This document shows positions 46,829 through 55,227 of a DNA stretch of 64,000 nt, in pieces. The stretch spans positions 31,052 to 95,051 of the IMG/VR virus record IMGVR_UViG_3300025030_000061; one strand, given 5' to 3'. The translations under genes and the position numbers were made by a program. Under the pieces are notes generated by a model, which made no database searches, was not told the DNA's origin, and worked only from the letters and a program-made list of their open reading frames with translations. Positions within the stretch are counted from its first letter, which is position 1. The number at the start of each line of letters is the position of its first letter. This DNA comes from a virus.

Positions 46829-49800
46829 CTAGTTCACGTAGCGGGCGAAGCGGCGCATAGTGCTGTCGTCGGTAATGTCGAGCGATCCGTACCAGTTGGT
46901 GCCTAGCAGCAGCGCCTTGCCGAGATCGTTGCCGTTGTGCTTCATATCGGCGATCGCCCAGATCGACTCGGGGTTGCTGCTGGTCAGCAGGTCACCGACC
47001 TTGGCAGCCTGGTCCGGTGTGAATTGCCGGAATGTGCTACGGCGGCCTCCGGCTGTCACAGTCTTGTCGCTCGTCTGCATGAAGGAGAGGTTCCGTTGGA
47101 CCTGGTTCTTGATCACCTGCAGGGCGTTGGCGGTCGTCGCCTTGAATCCGAAGCGTGCCCAGGTGTACCCGCCGACATCGATGTTGGCGTGGACGTCGAC
47201 TCGGGTTGCTCCGATCACTTTGTAAACTCCCATCGATGCGCGGAGAAAGGCTTTGCCGCTGTTCCCTCCTGATGTGCCGGCCTGGAAGTAGGAGTGGTCC
47301 ACCACCACCTTTCCGGTGGATTGCTTGGTGAATGTGCGGTCAATCCTGGTCCCGTCGCTGCCTCTCATTTCTACCGCTATCATCCTGTCATCGTAGGACG
47401 ATACGGAGACCCGAAAGCTGGTGGTTCCGCCGTAGTCGGCGAGCATCGTACCGAGCGCGTGCTTCAGCTCGTCTGGGGAGTTGAGCCCCATGACGTTCTG
47501 GGCCTTGGCTCCGATGGCCGGCCAGTCGATGCCCCATCCGCTGATGTTGGCGCCTGGCACGCCGTGTGCCTTGAATCCGCTACGAACGAGCTTGGTCTGT
47601 AGGTTCGTTAGTGCTGCCCGGTTCCTCTCGTTTGCCTCTCTGGCGGCTCTGTCCCTTTCGACCGCTGCCGTGCGTTCTGCTGCCTCGCGCTGGGCTCGGG
47701 CTTCGGGTGTGTCCGGTACCCAGGTCCCGGCCTGGTAGTCCCTGGCGCGGTTCTGCATGGCTGCGTCCTGGGTGATGTACCGGCGTGCCAGGTCCCGCTG
47801 CGCCGTGTCGCGGTAGGGTTGCATGGCTCCGGCTTGCCCGCGGTTGTTCCAGTAGCCATCGGTGCCGGTGTAATAAGTCAGGGGGTAATCCGGCCGTGGC
47901 ACGAATCCGAGCTGGGCTTCGGTCAGGTTGAGCGGGTTCGCGGATCCCGGTACCGGGTTTGTGGGCGGCTGGGCCGCGGCTGGTGCTGAGGGGCGCCGGG
48001 TCCTCGGTGCGGGTGCCGAGCGTGGGGTTGCTGTCTCGCGCTGCACTACTGGGGCCTGCGGCATTGGGGTGCTGTTCGCTTCTCCGCTCTGGCTTGCCGG
48101 CTGCGGTGTGCCGTCGCTGTTGTGGCCGAAGTGGCGCAGCAGCAGGGTGCGGTAGTCGTCGGCCGCTCTGGTGTACCCGTTGCTCCTGGTGGTCTGGATG
48201 GCGAGGATGGCCGCGACCGGGTCCTCCTCCTGGGCGGCTTCGTAAAGGCGATTGATCTTGTTCTGCGCGGAGATCAGCGCCGAGTTCTGCATGTTGCCGG
48301 CGGTGATGGTGGTCGGTGCCGGCGCCGCGGCCAGGGTTTCCTCCGGTGGCGCGATATTCCGTGCTGCGTTGGCTGCGGCCAGCAGCTCCGCCCTGTAATC
48401 ATCGACGGCCGCGTAGTTGGCGCGGGTCCGGCTGGTGCTCAGGTTGGCAATCGCATCGATATTGCCGATGAGGGCGAGTTGGCGGAGGTGGGCGGAGCGC
48501 CTGGCTGTCATTCGGTTGCTCTCGCTGGTGTCGGAGAAGTACGGGACCGCCACCTGGCGCATGGCGTCGATCATTGCCTCCTCGGGGGAGAACGCTCCGG
48601 TTGCAGCGTGCCCGAGCCTGACCGCCTCTGCGGATCCGGCGCGGAACCAGCGGCGGACGGGCTGTCCGTCGGGTCCGGCCGTTGTGCGGAGCACGTATCC
48701 GGGGTGATTGGCAATCGCCGTAGATTTGATCAGCAGGCTCCGGTCGGGGATGGTGCGGATCGACTTAAACATCCGCATCTGGAGCATGCCGGAGCGGTCC
48801 CCTGGCAGGTGTTCAGCCATGGGGGTGGTTTCGCCCTTGGTGCCTTCTTCGCGGCGCTTATGCTGGTCTGCTGCGATATCCTCGGCGTCGAGGACCTTGA
48901 GTCGTGTCGCCTCGTCCAGCTTGCCCCAATGAGGCAGGTGGCCGAATCGCTCCCGCTGGAGGCCGCGGACCTCGTGGCTGTCCTGGGAGAAGGAGAGCTT
49001 CTGGCCGTACTTGCGGACGCGGCTGTCTTCGTGCTCCATGACATGCACCAGGGCGCCGTGGGGCGTTACCCGGTCGTAGGACCGGACGCGGGCCTTGATC
49101 AGTCGGGCATTACCGGCTCTGCTGCCTGCCGTTCCTTCTCGGCCTGCTGCTCCTGCTCCTGGGCGGATGCCTTTTCCTTCAGCTTCTTGGCAGCCTTGGC
49201 CTTCCTGTTCGCTTTTGCGTCCAGCCGGTCGGCTTCCTGCAGCGCCCGCTTGAGCAGGTCCCCTTTCCGCTGGTACAGCTTTTTGTCCTTGTCGTTCTCG
49301 GCCATGCTGACCTCCTTGGTGTTTTAGCAGCAGGTGTGTGAAGGCGCGTGCCTGGAATGATTGCGCCTTGTTGAGATCGGCGCCGCTGTTCGCCTGCTGC
49401 AGGGCCTGCTTAACCACCGTCTCCTTCGATTTGGGCTCTGCCGGTCCCGAGAACATATCGACCTCGGGGTTTTCCCTGCTCGCCACCTCCGTCTTGATGG
49501 CGTGGCTTATCCCCTTAAAGACGTTTTCCAGCCGGCTCCTGGATCCGGTGCGGTCGGCGATTGCCAGGATCATGTCGGTGGCGTAGTCGGTCTTGAAGGT
49601 CGGGGTATCCCCGGTGAAGTTGAGGGAGCCCGCGTTGCGGAGGGTGTGCTCCAGCTCGGCGCGGCTCTGTCCCTGGTGGCTCAACGTGTATTCGATCGCC
49701 TCCATCATGTCGGGGACCACGTCGAGGTCGTCGTGCCCCTTCACCTGGGCGAAGTCTCCGACGCAGGCATTCAGGGCCCGGAGTACATTCCGGATCTTCG

Positions 49801-52800
49801 GCTTCGCGCTCTCGGCTTGCAGCTCGGTCAGTACGCTGCTGCCGTACACCTTGGTGAAGACCGCGTTTTGGATCCGCTCGATCGCCTTCTTGTTCGGATC
49901 GCCGTCGGCGTCCCGGAGGCTGGCCGATTCGTTTTTCCCGAGTTTGTCGAGAAATCCGTTGATAAAGTCCATGTTGTCGTCGCAGTAGATCTCGCCGTCC
50001 TCGTCGGGCTGGAACTTCTTGAGGAGGGTGTCGTCTATCCGCTCGGAGTCGGACCATGCTTGTTCGGCTGGGGAGGAGCCGAGGTTGCTGCTCTGGTTCG
50101 CCTCCCTGGCAAACTCGGCGCGATCGGTGTTTGAATCGTTCTCGTCGCGCAGGCGGACCAGTACCGGCTGCTGCATCCCTTCCACGTCTTCCGGTTTGAG
50201 CCCGAAGTGTTCGGCTTCGCCTTTGAGCCATGTCTTGTACTTGTCGGCCAGGCCGCGCTTATAGGCTTCGGAGAGGGCGATGGTGCGGCCGTTCCCACTC
50301 TCAACCGCGCCATCCTTGCCGACGATCGGGGCGCCGTCTGCGGCATTGGCGGAGTGCCCCAGCTGCTCGGGGCGGATGTCGTTCATGATGTTTGCCATCT
50401 GCATCTGGGACGAGAGGCGTTCGCGCTCCCTGGGCTGGATCTCCTGCGGGTAGGCGCGGTTGATGTGCCCCTGGATGGTGTGGCTTGTGGTCAGGTCGCT
50501 CGCTTCCACCAGGGAGTACTTGCTCTGGACCTTGTTGCCCTTCGCGGTGTAGGCCAGGTTGGCGCGTCCGGTGATGAACTTCGGGTCCTTCTTCCCGGTG
50601 TCGGTTTCCTCGACCTGCCTGCGGCCGGCGATGCTGGTCACCTGCCCCTTCGCTTTATCCGGGTCGACGCCGGCGAAGTGGACCTTGTGCTGGTCCCCTT
50701 CCTTGCCGATCGTCACGGTGTGCCCGTCCTTCTCGAACTTGCTGGCGGTTGCCTCCCGGTCCACCTTGTGCCCGAAGTGGGCCAGCAGCTTCTCGCGCTC
50801 GTCGTCTACCGCTTTGAGGTAGGGGTTCGCCCTCGAGGTGTGGATGGTGGTCAGCGCAGCCACTGGGTCGTCGGAGTTCTTGGCCGCTTCGTGCATCTTG
50901 GTGATGATGCGCTGCGCCGATACCAGAGCGGAGTTCTCCTGGTTGGCTCCCTTGATCTTGCCGGGCTCGGGCATGTCCTCTTTTTTGCCGACCGCTTTCC
51001 TCTCGTCCTTCTTGACCGGGTGCGTCTCCTTCTCCTTCCAGCCGTTCCCGCGCAGGTGCGTCATGAGGTCCTCGCCATGCTTCAGCGTGCTCCCCTGGTG
51101 GACCTGCTCGCCGTGTTTGTTCTCGTGGGCAATCACGTCCTGGTGCTTCCGCACGCGGCGGTCGTTGTGCTCCTGGACGACGGTCCCGTCCTGCCTGGCG
51201 TACTGCTGAATGTGGCTCTTGATAAGGTGGAATCGCTCCATGAGGCCGTCGATTGGGCTGGGCGCGTAGAGGTGGACGCTCTTGTGTAGGCTGTTGACGT
51301 CGACCAGGGCTTTCCCCCAGGAGGTGAAGCGCACGGCGCGGTCGTCGAGGTAGATGTCGGCAATCGGCTTGCCGGGGTTGGCTCCCTCGGGCTGCTCGCT
51401 GTTCGTGTTGATCTCGTCGAACGGGATCCCGTTGTCGGCAAGGTATGCCCGCAGGACAGGGGTGTCGGGGCGGGTGGTGTGGATGATCAGCTTCCAGCCG
51501 GCATCCTTGAGCTCGTGCATCCCCTCCGCGGCGCCGTCCACCGGGGGGCCGAATTTGTCAACGCCGAGGAATCCCTGGGAGTAGTCCGCGAGCGGGCCGT
51601 CGAAGTCTATGCATGCGGTCCGCTGGTGCTCGGCTACGGCTTTACGGAGGTCGCCAAGCTCCTGCATGCTTTTTAGGAGTCCGCGCAGGTCCTGCATGCC
51701 GCGAGTCCTGGCGAGGTTCGCCAGCGCCGAGGTCATCCTGACCTTCACCTGGTCGGCGTCCCATCGCTCCCCCTCGGGCGCCGGCATGTTGGCTCGGTTC
51801 AGCGCCGCGGCGATGTCCTGGTCCTTGTAGGCGTGGTCGAATCGGTCCAGGCCGAACTTCATCTTGATGATGGCTGCCGCGATCGGGTCGTCGAGGGATT
51901 CAAGGTGCGTGACGATCCCCTGCATGAGCTGGGCCTTCTTGGCTGCGTCCGATTCGTGCTCGGGCACGGTGGCGGCCTGGGCTGCGATCCCTCGCATGCC
52001 GCTCTCCTGGTCGTCCTCCATCCCGCCGTCGTAGGAGGTGTGTTCCTGCAGGTGCCTCTGGTGGGCGATGATATGGCGCAGCGCGGCGGTCTTCCCGGCG
52101 CGGGTCATAGACATAAGTATGCGGCTATCGCTTCCCTCTCCGGCCAGCGTGTCGCGCAGGTCGTCCAGGTCCTTCTCCGGGGCTCTGCTCGTCTCGGTGC
52201 GGTACGAGTTCATGGCTGCCGCGATGTACTCGCTGTATAGCTCGTTGGCGTCGTTGTCGTCGTTATGAAGGGCTCCCCCCAGGTCGATGTAGTGGGGGTT
52301 GAATCCGTTGCTGGTCGCCAGGTGGGCGAGGGTGCTTTTCATACGGCTGACGAATACCGGGTGGGTCAGGACCTTCCCTTCGTCGAGCTGTGCCCGCTGC
52401 TGGCCAACCTCGGCGCGGCGCCGGCTCTCCTCGGTGGAGATGGTGCTTCCCCCCCTGGAGGTCGTCTCCCTGGTACCGGTGCGGGCAGTTTCAGCCTTGT
52501 GCTCCTCGTCGGTCCAGACGTTGTCCCGGTCGGTGGTGATCTGCGCCGGGCGGAACGTGTAACCATCCCTTACAGGTTGGATGGTGTAGCCTTCCTCGTG
52601 GCTCCCCGCGACGATCGTGCCCTTTTTCTTCCTGGGCTGGCCGGGTACCTTGTAGTAGACCTTGTGGCCGTGCTGCAGGCGGTCGCCTTCCTTCCCTCTG
52701 ACGGTCACCTTCGCCATGGTCGCGGCCACCTGCACGGTCCCACCGTTGGCGGTATGCCTGGTGGTGCCTTCACGGTGGTGGACCTCCTCGTGGGCAGGGG

Positions 52801-52867
52801 CTCGGTAATCGAATAGGTTGAGCTGCGACTTTAAGAGATGAACGACGTGTTTGATGCCATTTAACAT
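46829..52867 (-). CDS. polyvalent head-cargo polyprotein (sigma-like, HAD, repeat domain, ddrB-ParB, GNAT-like)
   Basis: IIKMKFGL...QDIAAAL (sigma r4), IDFDG...KPIADIYLDDRA (HAD), GAPIV...VESGNGRTIAL (ParB), VHANIDVGGYTWARFGF (GNAT-like). Start at 52867 after GGAGGG. Confidence 0.8.
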   Translation of the reverse strand: MLNGIKHVVHLLKSQLNLFDYRAPAHEEVHHREGTTRHTANGGTVQVAATMAKVTVRGKEGDRLQHGHKVYYKVPGQPRKKKGTIVAGSHEEGYTIQPVRDGYTFRPAQITTDRDNVWTDEEHKAETARTGTRETTSRGGSTISTEESRRRAEVGQQRAQLDEGKVLTHPVFVSRMKSTLAHLATSNGFNPHYIDLGGALHNDDNDANELYSEYIAAAMNSYRTETSRAPEKDLDDLRDTLAGEGSDSRILMSMTRAGKTAALRHIIAHQRHLQEHTSYDGGMEDDQESGMRGIAAQAATVPEHESDAAKKAQLMQGIVTHLESLDDPIAAAIIKMKFGLDRFDHAYKDQDIAAALNRANMPAPEGERWDADQVKVRMTSALANLARTRGMQDLRGLLKSMQELGDLRKAVAEHQRTACIDFDGPLADYSQGFLGVDKFGPPVDGAAEGMHELKDAGWKLIIHTTRPDTPVLRAYLADNGIPFDEINTNSEQPEGANPGKPIADIYLDDRAVRFTSWGKALVDVNSLHKSVHLYAPSPIDGLMERFHLIKSHIQQYARQDGTVVQEHNDRRVRKHQDVIAHENKHGEQVHQGSTLKHGEDLMTHLRGNGWKEKETHPVKKDERKAVGKKEDMPEPGKIKGANQENSALVSAQRIITKMHEAAKNSDDPVAALTTIHTSRANPYLKAVDDEREKLLAHFGHKVDREATASKFEKDGHTVTIGKEGDQHKVHFAGVDPDKAKGQVTSIAGRRQVEETDTGKKDPKFITGRANLAYTAKGNKVQSKYSLVEASDLTTSHTIQGHINRAYPQEIQPRERERLSSQMQMANIMNDIRPEQLGHSANAADGAPIVGKDGAVESGNGRTIALSEAYKRGLADKYKTWLKGEAEHFGLKPEDVEGMQQPVLVRLRDENDSNTDRAEFAREANQSSNLGSSPAEQAWSDSERIDDTLLKKFQPDEDGEIYCDDNMDFINGFLDKLGKNESASLRDADGDPNKKAIERIQNAVFTKVYGSSVLTELQAESAKPKIRNVLRALNACVGDFAQVKGHDDLDVVPDMMEAIEYTLSHQGQSRAELEHTLRNAGSLNFTGDTPTFKTDYATDMILAIADRTGSRSRLENVFKGISHAIKTEVASRENPEVDMFSGPAEPKSKETVVKQALQQANSGADLNKAQSFQARAFTHLLLKHQGGQHGRERQGQKAVPAERGPAQAGAAGSRPAGRKSEQEGQGCQEAEGKGIRPGAGAAGREGTAGSRAGNARLIKARVRSYDRVTPHGALVHVMEHEDSRVRKYGQKLSFSQDSHEVRGLQRERFGHLPHWGKLDEATRLKVLDAEDIAADQHKRREEGTKGETTPMAEHLPGDRSGMLQMRMFKSIRTIPDRSLLIKSTAIANHPGYVLRTTAGPDGQPVRRWFRAGSAEAVRLGHAATGAFSPEEAMIDAMRQVAVPYFSDTSESNRMTARRSAHLRQLALIGNIDAIANLSTSRTRANYAAVDDYRAELLAAANAARNIAPPEETLAAAPAPTTITAGNMQNSALISAQNKINRLYEAAQEEDPVAAILAIQTTRSNGYTRAADDYRTLLLRHFGHNSDGTPQPASQSGEANSTPMPQAPVVQRETATPRSAPAPRTRRPSAPAAAQPPTNPVPGSANPLNLTEAQLGFVPRPDYPLTYYTGTDGYWNNRGQAGAMQPYRDTAQRDLARRYITQDAAMQNRARDYQAGTWVPDTPEARAQREAAERTAAVERDRAAREANERNRAALTNLQTKLVRSGFKAHGVPGANISGWGIDWPAIGAKAQNVMGLNSPDELKHALGTMLADYGGTTSFRVSVSSYDDRMIAVEMRGSDGTRIDRTFTKQSTGKVVVDHSYFQAGTSGGNSGKAFLRASMGVYKVIGATRVDVHANIDVGGYTWARFGFKATTANALQVIKNQVQRNLSFMQTSDKTVTAGGRRSTFRQFTPDQAAKVGDLLTSSNPESIWAIADMKHNGNDLGKALLLGTNWYGSLDITDDSTMRRFARYVN
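49099..49305 (-). CDS. nested 68-aa charged helical protein in an alternative frame of the polyprotein
   Basis: AAGGAGG 5 nt before ATG. The polyprotein frame reads as a low-complexity linker here. Confidence 0.55.
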   Translation of the reverse strand: MAENDKDKKLYQRKGDLLKRALQEADRLDAKANRKAKAAKKLKEKASAQEQEQQAEKERQAAEPVMPD

Positions 52868-52898
52868 GCTTCCCTCCGGCGGGTGCTTTGTGCCTGTC

Positions 52899-52938
52899 AT
52901 CCTAAGTCATCACGTAGCGCATATCAAACATTTTGCCC
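52899..52938 (-). promoter_or_regulatory. class B promoter TTGATA-N17-TAGGAT for the polyprotein
   Basis: gggcaaaatgt TTGATA tgcgctacgtgatgact TAGGAT. Confidence 0.72.
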
Positions 52939-52945
52939 ATTCATA

Positions 52946-52966
52946 TCATTCTGTATCTGCGTCTTT
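52946..52966 (+). promoter_or_regulatory. class A motif (partial), divergent from the polyprotein promoter
   Basis: TCATTC tgtatctg CGTCTTT. Confidence 0.5.
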
Positions 52967-53007
52967 ACTCCTCCAAGCGGTACATCTTCTCCCTTGGAGG
53001 CTCCACC

Positions 53008-53349
53008 ATGAAAAAATCGGCTCTGGTTCCCGTCAAATCTCTTTTCTTGGACATCGCTGCTGGCAGCCAGTCGGTCAACTTCGTGGAGCTGCTCTCCGGC
53101 TGGGGGCAGCGCCTGCGGATCTCCATCAAGTCTGATTCCTATCTCGTCCAGTCCTATGCTCGCATTGAGGTCTGGTCCGCGGCGGAGCTGAAATGGAACC
53201 TGGTGGCCTACGTGCAGCACGGCAGCATGCTGACGCCGGCCGGGCTGATCTACAATCCGAATCGCTCGGGCTTCCAGGCCTCCCACTTCCAGGCCGATCG
53301 CACCGAGCTGATCCGTCTTGCCGGTCTTGTGCTGGGTCCGGTCGCCTAA
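53008..53349 (+). CDS. hypothetical phage protein
   Basis: GGAGG RBS. RLRISIKSDSYLVQSYARIEVW...LKWN. Confidence 0.7.
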   Translation: MKKSALVPVKSLFLDIAAGSQSVNFVELLSGWGQRLRISIKSDSYLVQSYARIEVWSAAELKWNLVAYVQHGSMLTPAGLIYNPNRSGFQASHFQADRTELIRLAGLVLGPVA

Positions 53350-53354
53350 CCGTA

Positions 53355-53375
53355 TCATTCCATACAACGGTCTTT
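53355..53375 (+). promoter_or_regulatory. class A motif (partial)
   Basis: TCATTC catacaac GGTCTTT. Confidence 0.55.
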
Positions 53376-53419
53376 CTCTACCCATAGCGGCATACAAAAA
53401 ATTTCTCTGGAGGCTTACC

Positions 53420-53872
53420 ATGCTGATCACCGAAACCCATAAAAACTTCCCCTGCGGTTCCAAAGGTCGTCTCACCGTCAAGTCCGATGCCGGCGAAGTC
53501 CTGGCCGTGATCATGACGCCGGTCCAGAAGGCTCGGAAATACTGCGAGGCCAATCCCGAGACGCCGCAGGGTGTCGAATTCGCCAGGGTAATGGTCGTTG
53601 GACAACACTCGGAACTGCAGGATGCCGTGGACGCTCTGGTTCCGGTCCCCGCTCCTCCGGTCCTGGCCGGCGCCAATCCGGAAAACACGGCGCTCGTCTC
53701 CGCGCAGCGCAAACTGGTGAAGCTTCACGAGGCGGCGCAGGGCGACGATCCGGTCCTGGCGCTTGCGGCGATCAAGACCTCCCGCGGCAATAAATACCTC
53801 AATACCTGCGACGACTACCGCGTCGCGCTCCTGGCTCACTTTGCCCAGGCCGGCATCGACGCAGCGGGGTAG
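53420..53872 (+). CDS. stand-alone protein carrying the polyprotein repeat domain
   Basis: GANPENTALVSAQRKL...DDYRVALLAHF aligns by eye with two polyprotein segments. GGAGG RBS. Confidence 0.75.
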   Translation: MLITETHKNFPCGSKGRLTVKSDAGEVLAVIMTPVQKARKYCEANPETPQGVEFARVMVVGQHSELQDAVDALVPVPAPPVLAGANPENTALVSAQRKLVKLHEAAQGDDPVLALAAIKTSRGNKYLNTCDDYRVALLAHFAQAGIDAAG

Positions 53873-53876
53873 GGTC

Positions 53877-54089
53877 ATGTTCGTCCGATATTCTGGCCGC
53901 TCCTGGCGCTCGTCTGGTTCTCACGACGCACAGGGGCGGCTTCTTCTTTCTCCGCTGATCGGTCCCGGTCCTGGGATCGCTGCCGATCCTGACGAGGTTG
54001 AGCTCTGCTCCCCGCGGGAGGTGGCTGCAGCGCGCCGTCTCCTGGCCAAGCGCATATCATTCTGCGGGCCGGGCTTAGGTCTGGTGTAG
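53877..54089 (+). CDS. small hypothetical protein
   Basis: MFVRYSGRSW..., weak RBS. The 3' end overlaps a class A motif. Confidence 0.4.
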   Translation: MFVRYSGRSWRSSGSHDAQGRLLLSPLIGPGPGIAADPDEVELCSPREVAAARRLLAKRISFCGPGLGLV

Positions 54090-54090
54090 G
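54057..54090 (+). promoter_or_regulatory. class A repeated motif
   Basis: TCATTC tgcgggcc GGGCTTA ggtct GGTGTAGG, preceded by a partial operator GCGCATA. Confidence 0.68.
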
Positions 54091-54113
54091 TCATTACGGT
54101 TCTGGAGGATGTC

Positions 54114-54518
54114 ATGAGAAAACAGTTCAAGTTTGAGGGCCGGGTCGGTTGCATCGATGATTCTGGTTTCATCGCCTGGGGCGGCATTGGGTGCTCCATC
54201 GGTTCCGCTGGTCCCGATCTGCGTGACGCGATTCTCCAGCAGACCAAAACCTCCGCCCTTTTGCTCGAGGACGTCATGCCTCTCTCCCGCGAAGATTCGG
54301 TTTACCTTCGCTCCATCTCGGAACTCGTTTCCCGGCATTGGACCGAATCGCTTGACGCATTCTTCGCCAGGCTGCAGGGCATCCTCCCGCTCCCGGAAGG
54401 TTTCAAGATCGGTAAGGGGGGGCATCACATCTGGATCGCCAAGTCGGTACCTAAAACCGAGGCAGATACCTCTGGCTGGCATCGGCTCTGCTGCATCACT
54501 GAGCGGGGTGCCAAATGA
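54114..54518 (+). CDS. hypothetical protein
   Basis: GGAGG RBS. IGKGGHHIWI. Confidence 0.65.
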   Translation: MRKQFKFEGRVGCIDDSGFIAWGGIGCSIGSAGPDLRDAILQQTKTSALLLEDVMPLSREDSVYLRSISELVSRHWTESLDAFFARLQGILPLPEGFKIGKGGHHIWIAKSVPKTEADTSGWHRLCCITERGAK

Positions 54519-54757
54519 TAGATTACAGCAACGTGGTAGAGCCGATGCGGTGTGAGGCTCGGGGCGGTCGTCGCCTTGGGCGCTTCCTCCTGGCGCTGGT
54601 GGTCCTGGGGTCGTCCTTGTGCTGGTGCATCGCCGGGGGGACCGACCGCCGGCCGGTCGAGGTCAAGAAGCCGGCGCCGGTCGAGTTCTCGGCCGCGCAG
54701 ATCAATACGATGCGGGCGAATGGTCGCCTGCTCAGTCAGAGGGGGTTGCTGCCTTAA
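54515..54757 (+). CDS. small single-TM membrane protein
   Basis: RFLLALVVLGSSLCWCIA, ATGA coupling. Confidence 0.55.
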   Translation: MIDYSNVVEPMRCEARGGRRLGRFLLALVVLGSSLCWCIAGGTDRRPVEVKKPAPVEFSAAQINTMRANGRLLSQRGLLP

Positions 54758-54830
54758 GGATTCATTTGCGGGGAGGGTAGACAGGATTACAAATTACTGA
54801 TATTGTTGCGGCATATTCCCTGGAGGGTCT

Positions 54831-55214
54831 ATGCCGCTTTTTTGTGCCCACTGTTCGACTCCTGCTGACGACGATGCTCCCTGGTGCGAGTGCTGCGGAA
54901 GTGACCTAGTGCCCGCTACCCTGGGTGTGGTCGCTGCCCTGGCTCCGATCCGCCGGCATGACGTAGTCGTCGATCGTCTCCGGGTGAACTGCGTGGCCTA
55001 CGGCGAGCGCCTCCGTCACGATCCCCTCACCGAGACGATGTCCTCGGTCTTCTCCTGCGGTCGCAATCCGGAGAGGATCGATTGCGTCGGTTGTCGGGTC
55101 TGCACCACCTGCGGAGACCTGCGCTGTACCTGCGGGCTTCTCTCCATCTCGATCGGGGTAAAAACAAAGGGCACCGTCATTGATACGGTGCCCCTACGTC
55201 CTCGCCTGGTCTAA
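54831..55214 (+). CDS. Cys-rich Zn-binding protein
   Basis: CAHC, CECC, CVGCRVCTTC, CTC. GGAGG RBS. Confidence 0.6.
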   Translation: MPLFCAHCSTPADDDAPWCECCGSDLVPATLGVVAALAPIRRHDVVVDRLRVNCVAYGERLRHDPLTETMSSVFSCGRNPERIDCVGCRVCTTCGDLRCTCGLLSISIGVKTKGTVIDTVPLRPRLV

Positions 55215-55227
55215 TCATTCCTTCGCT

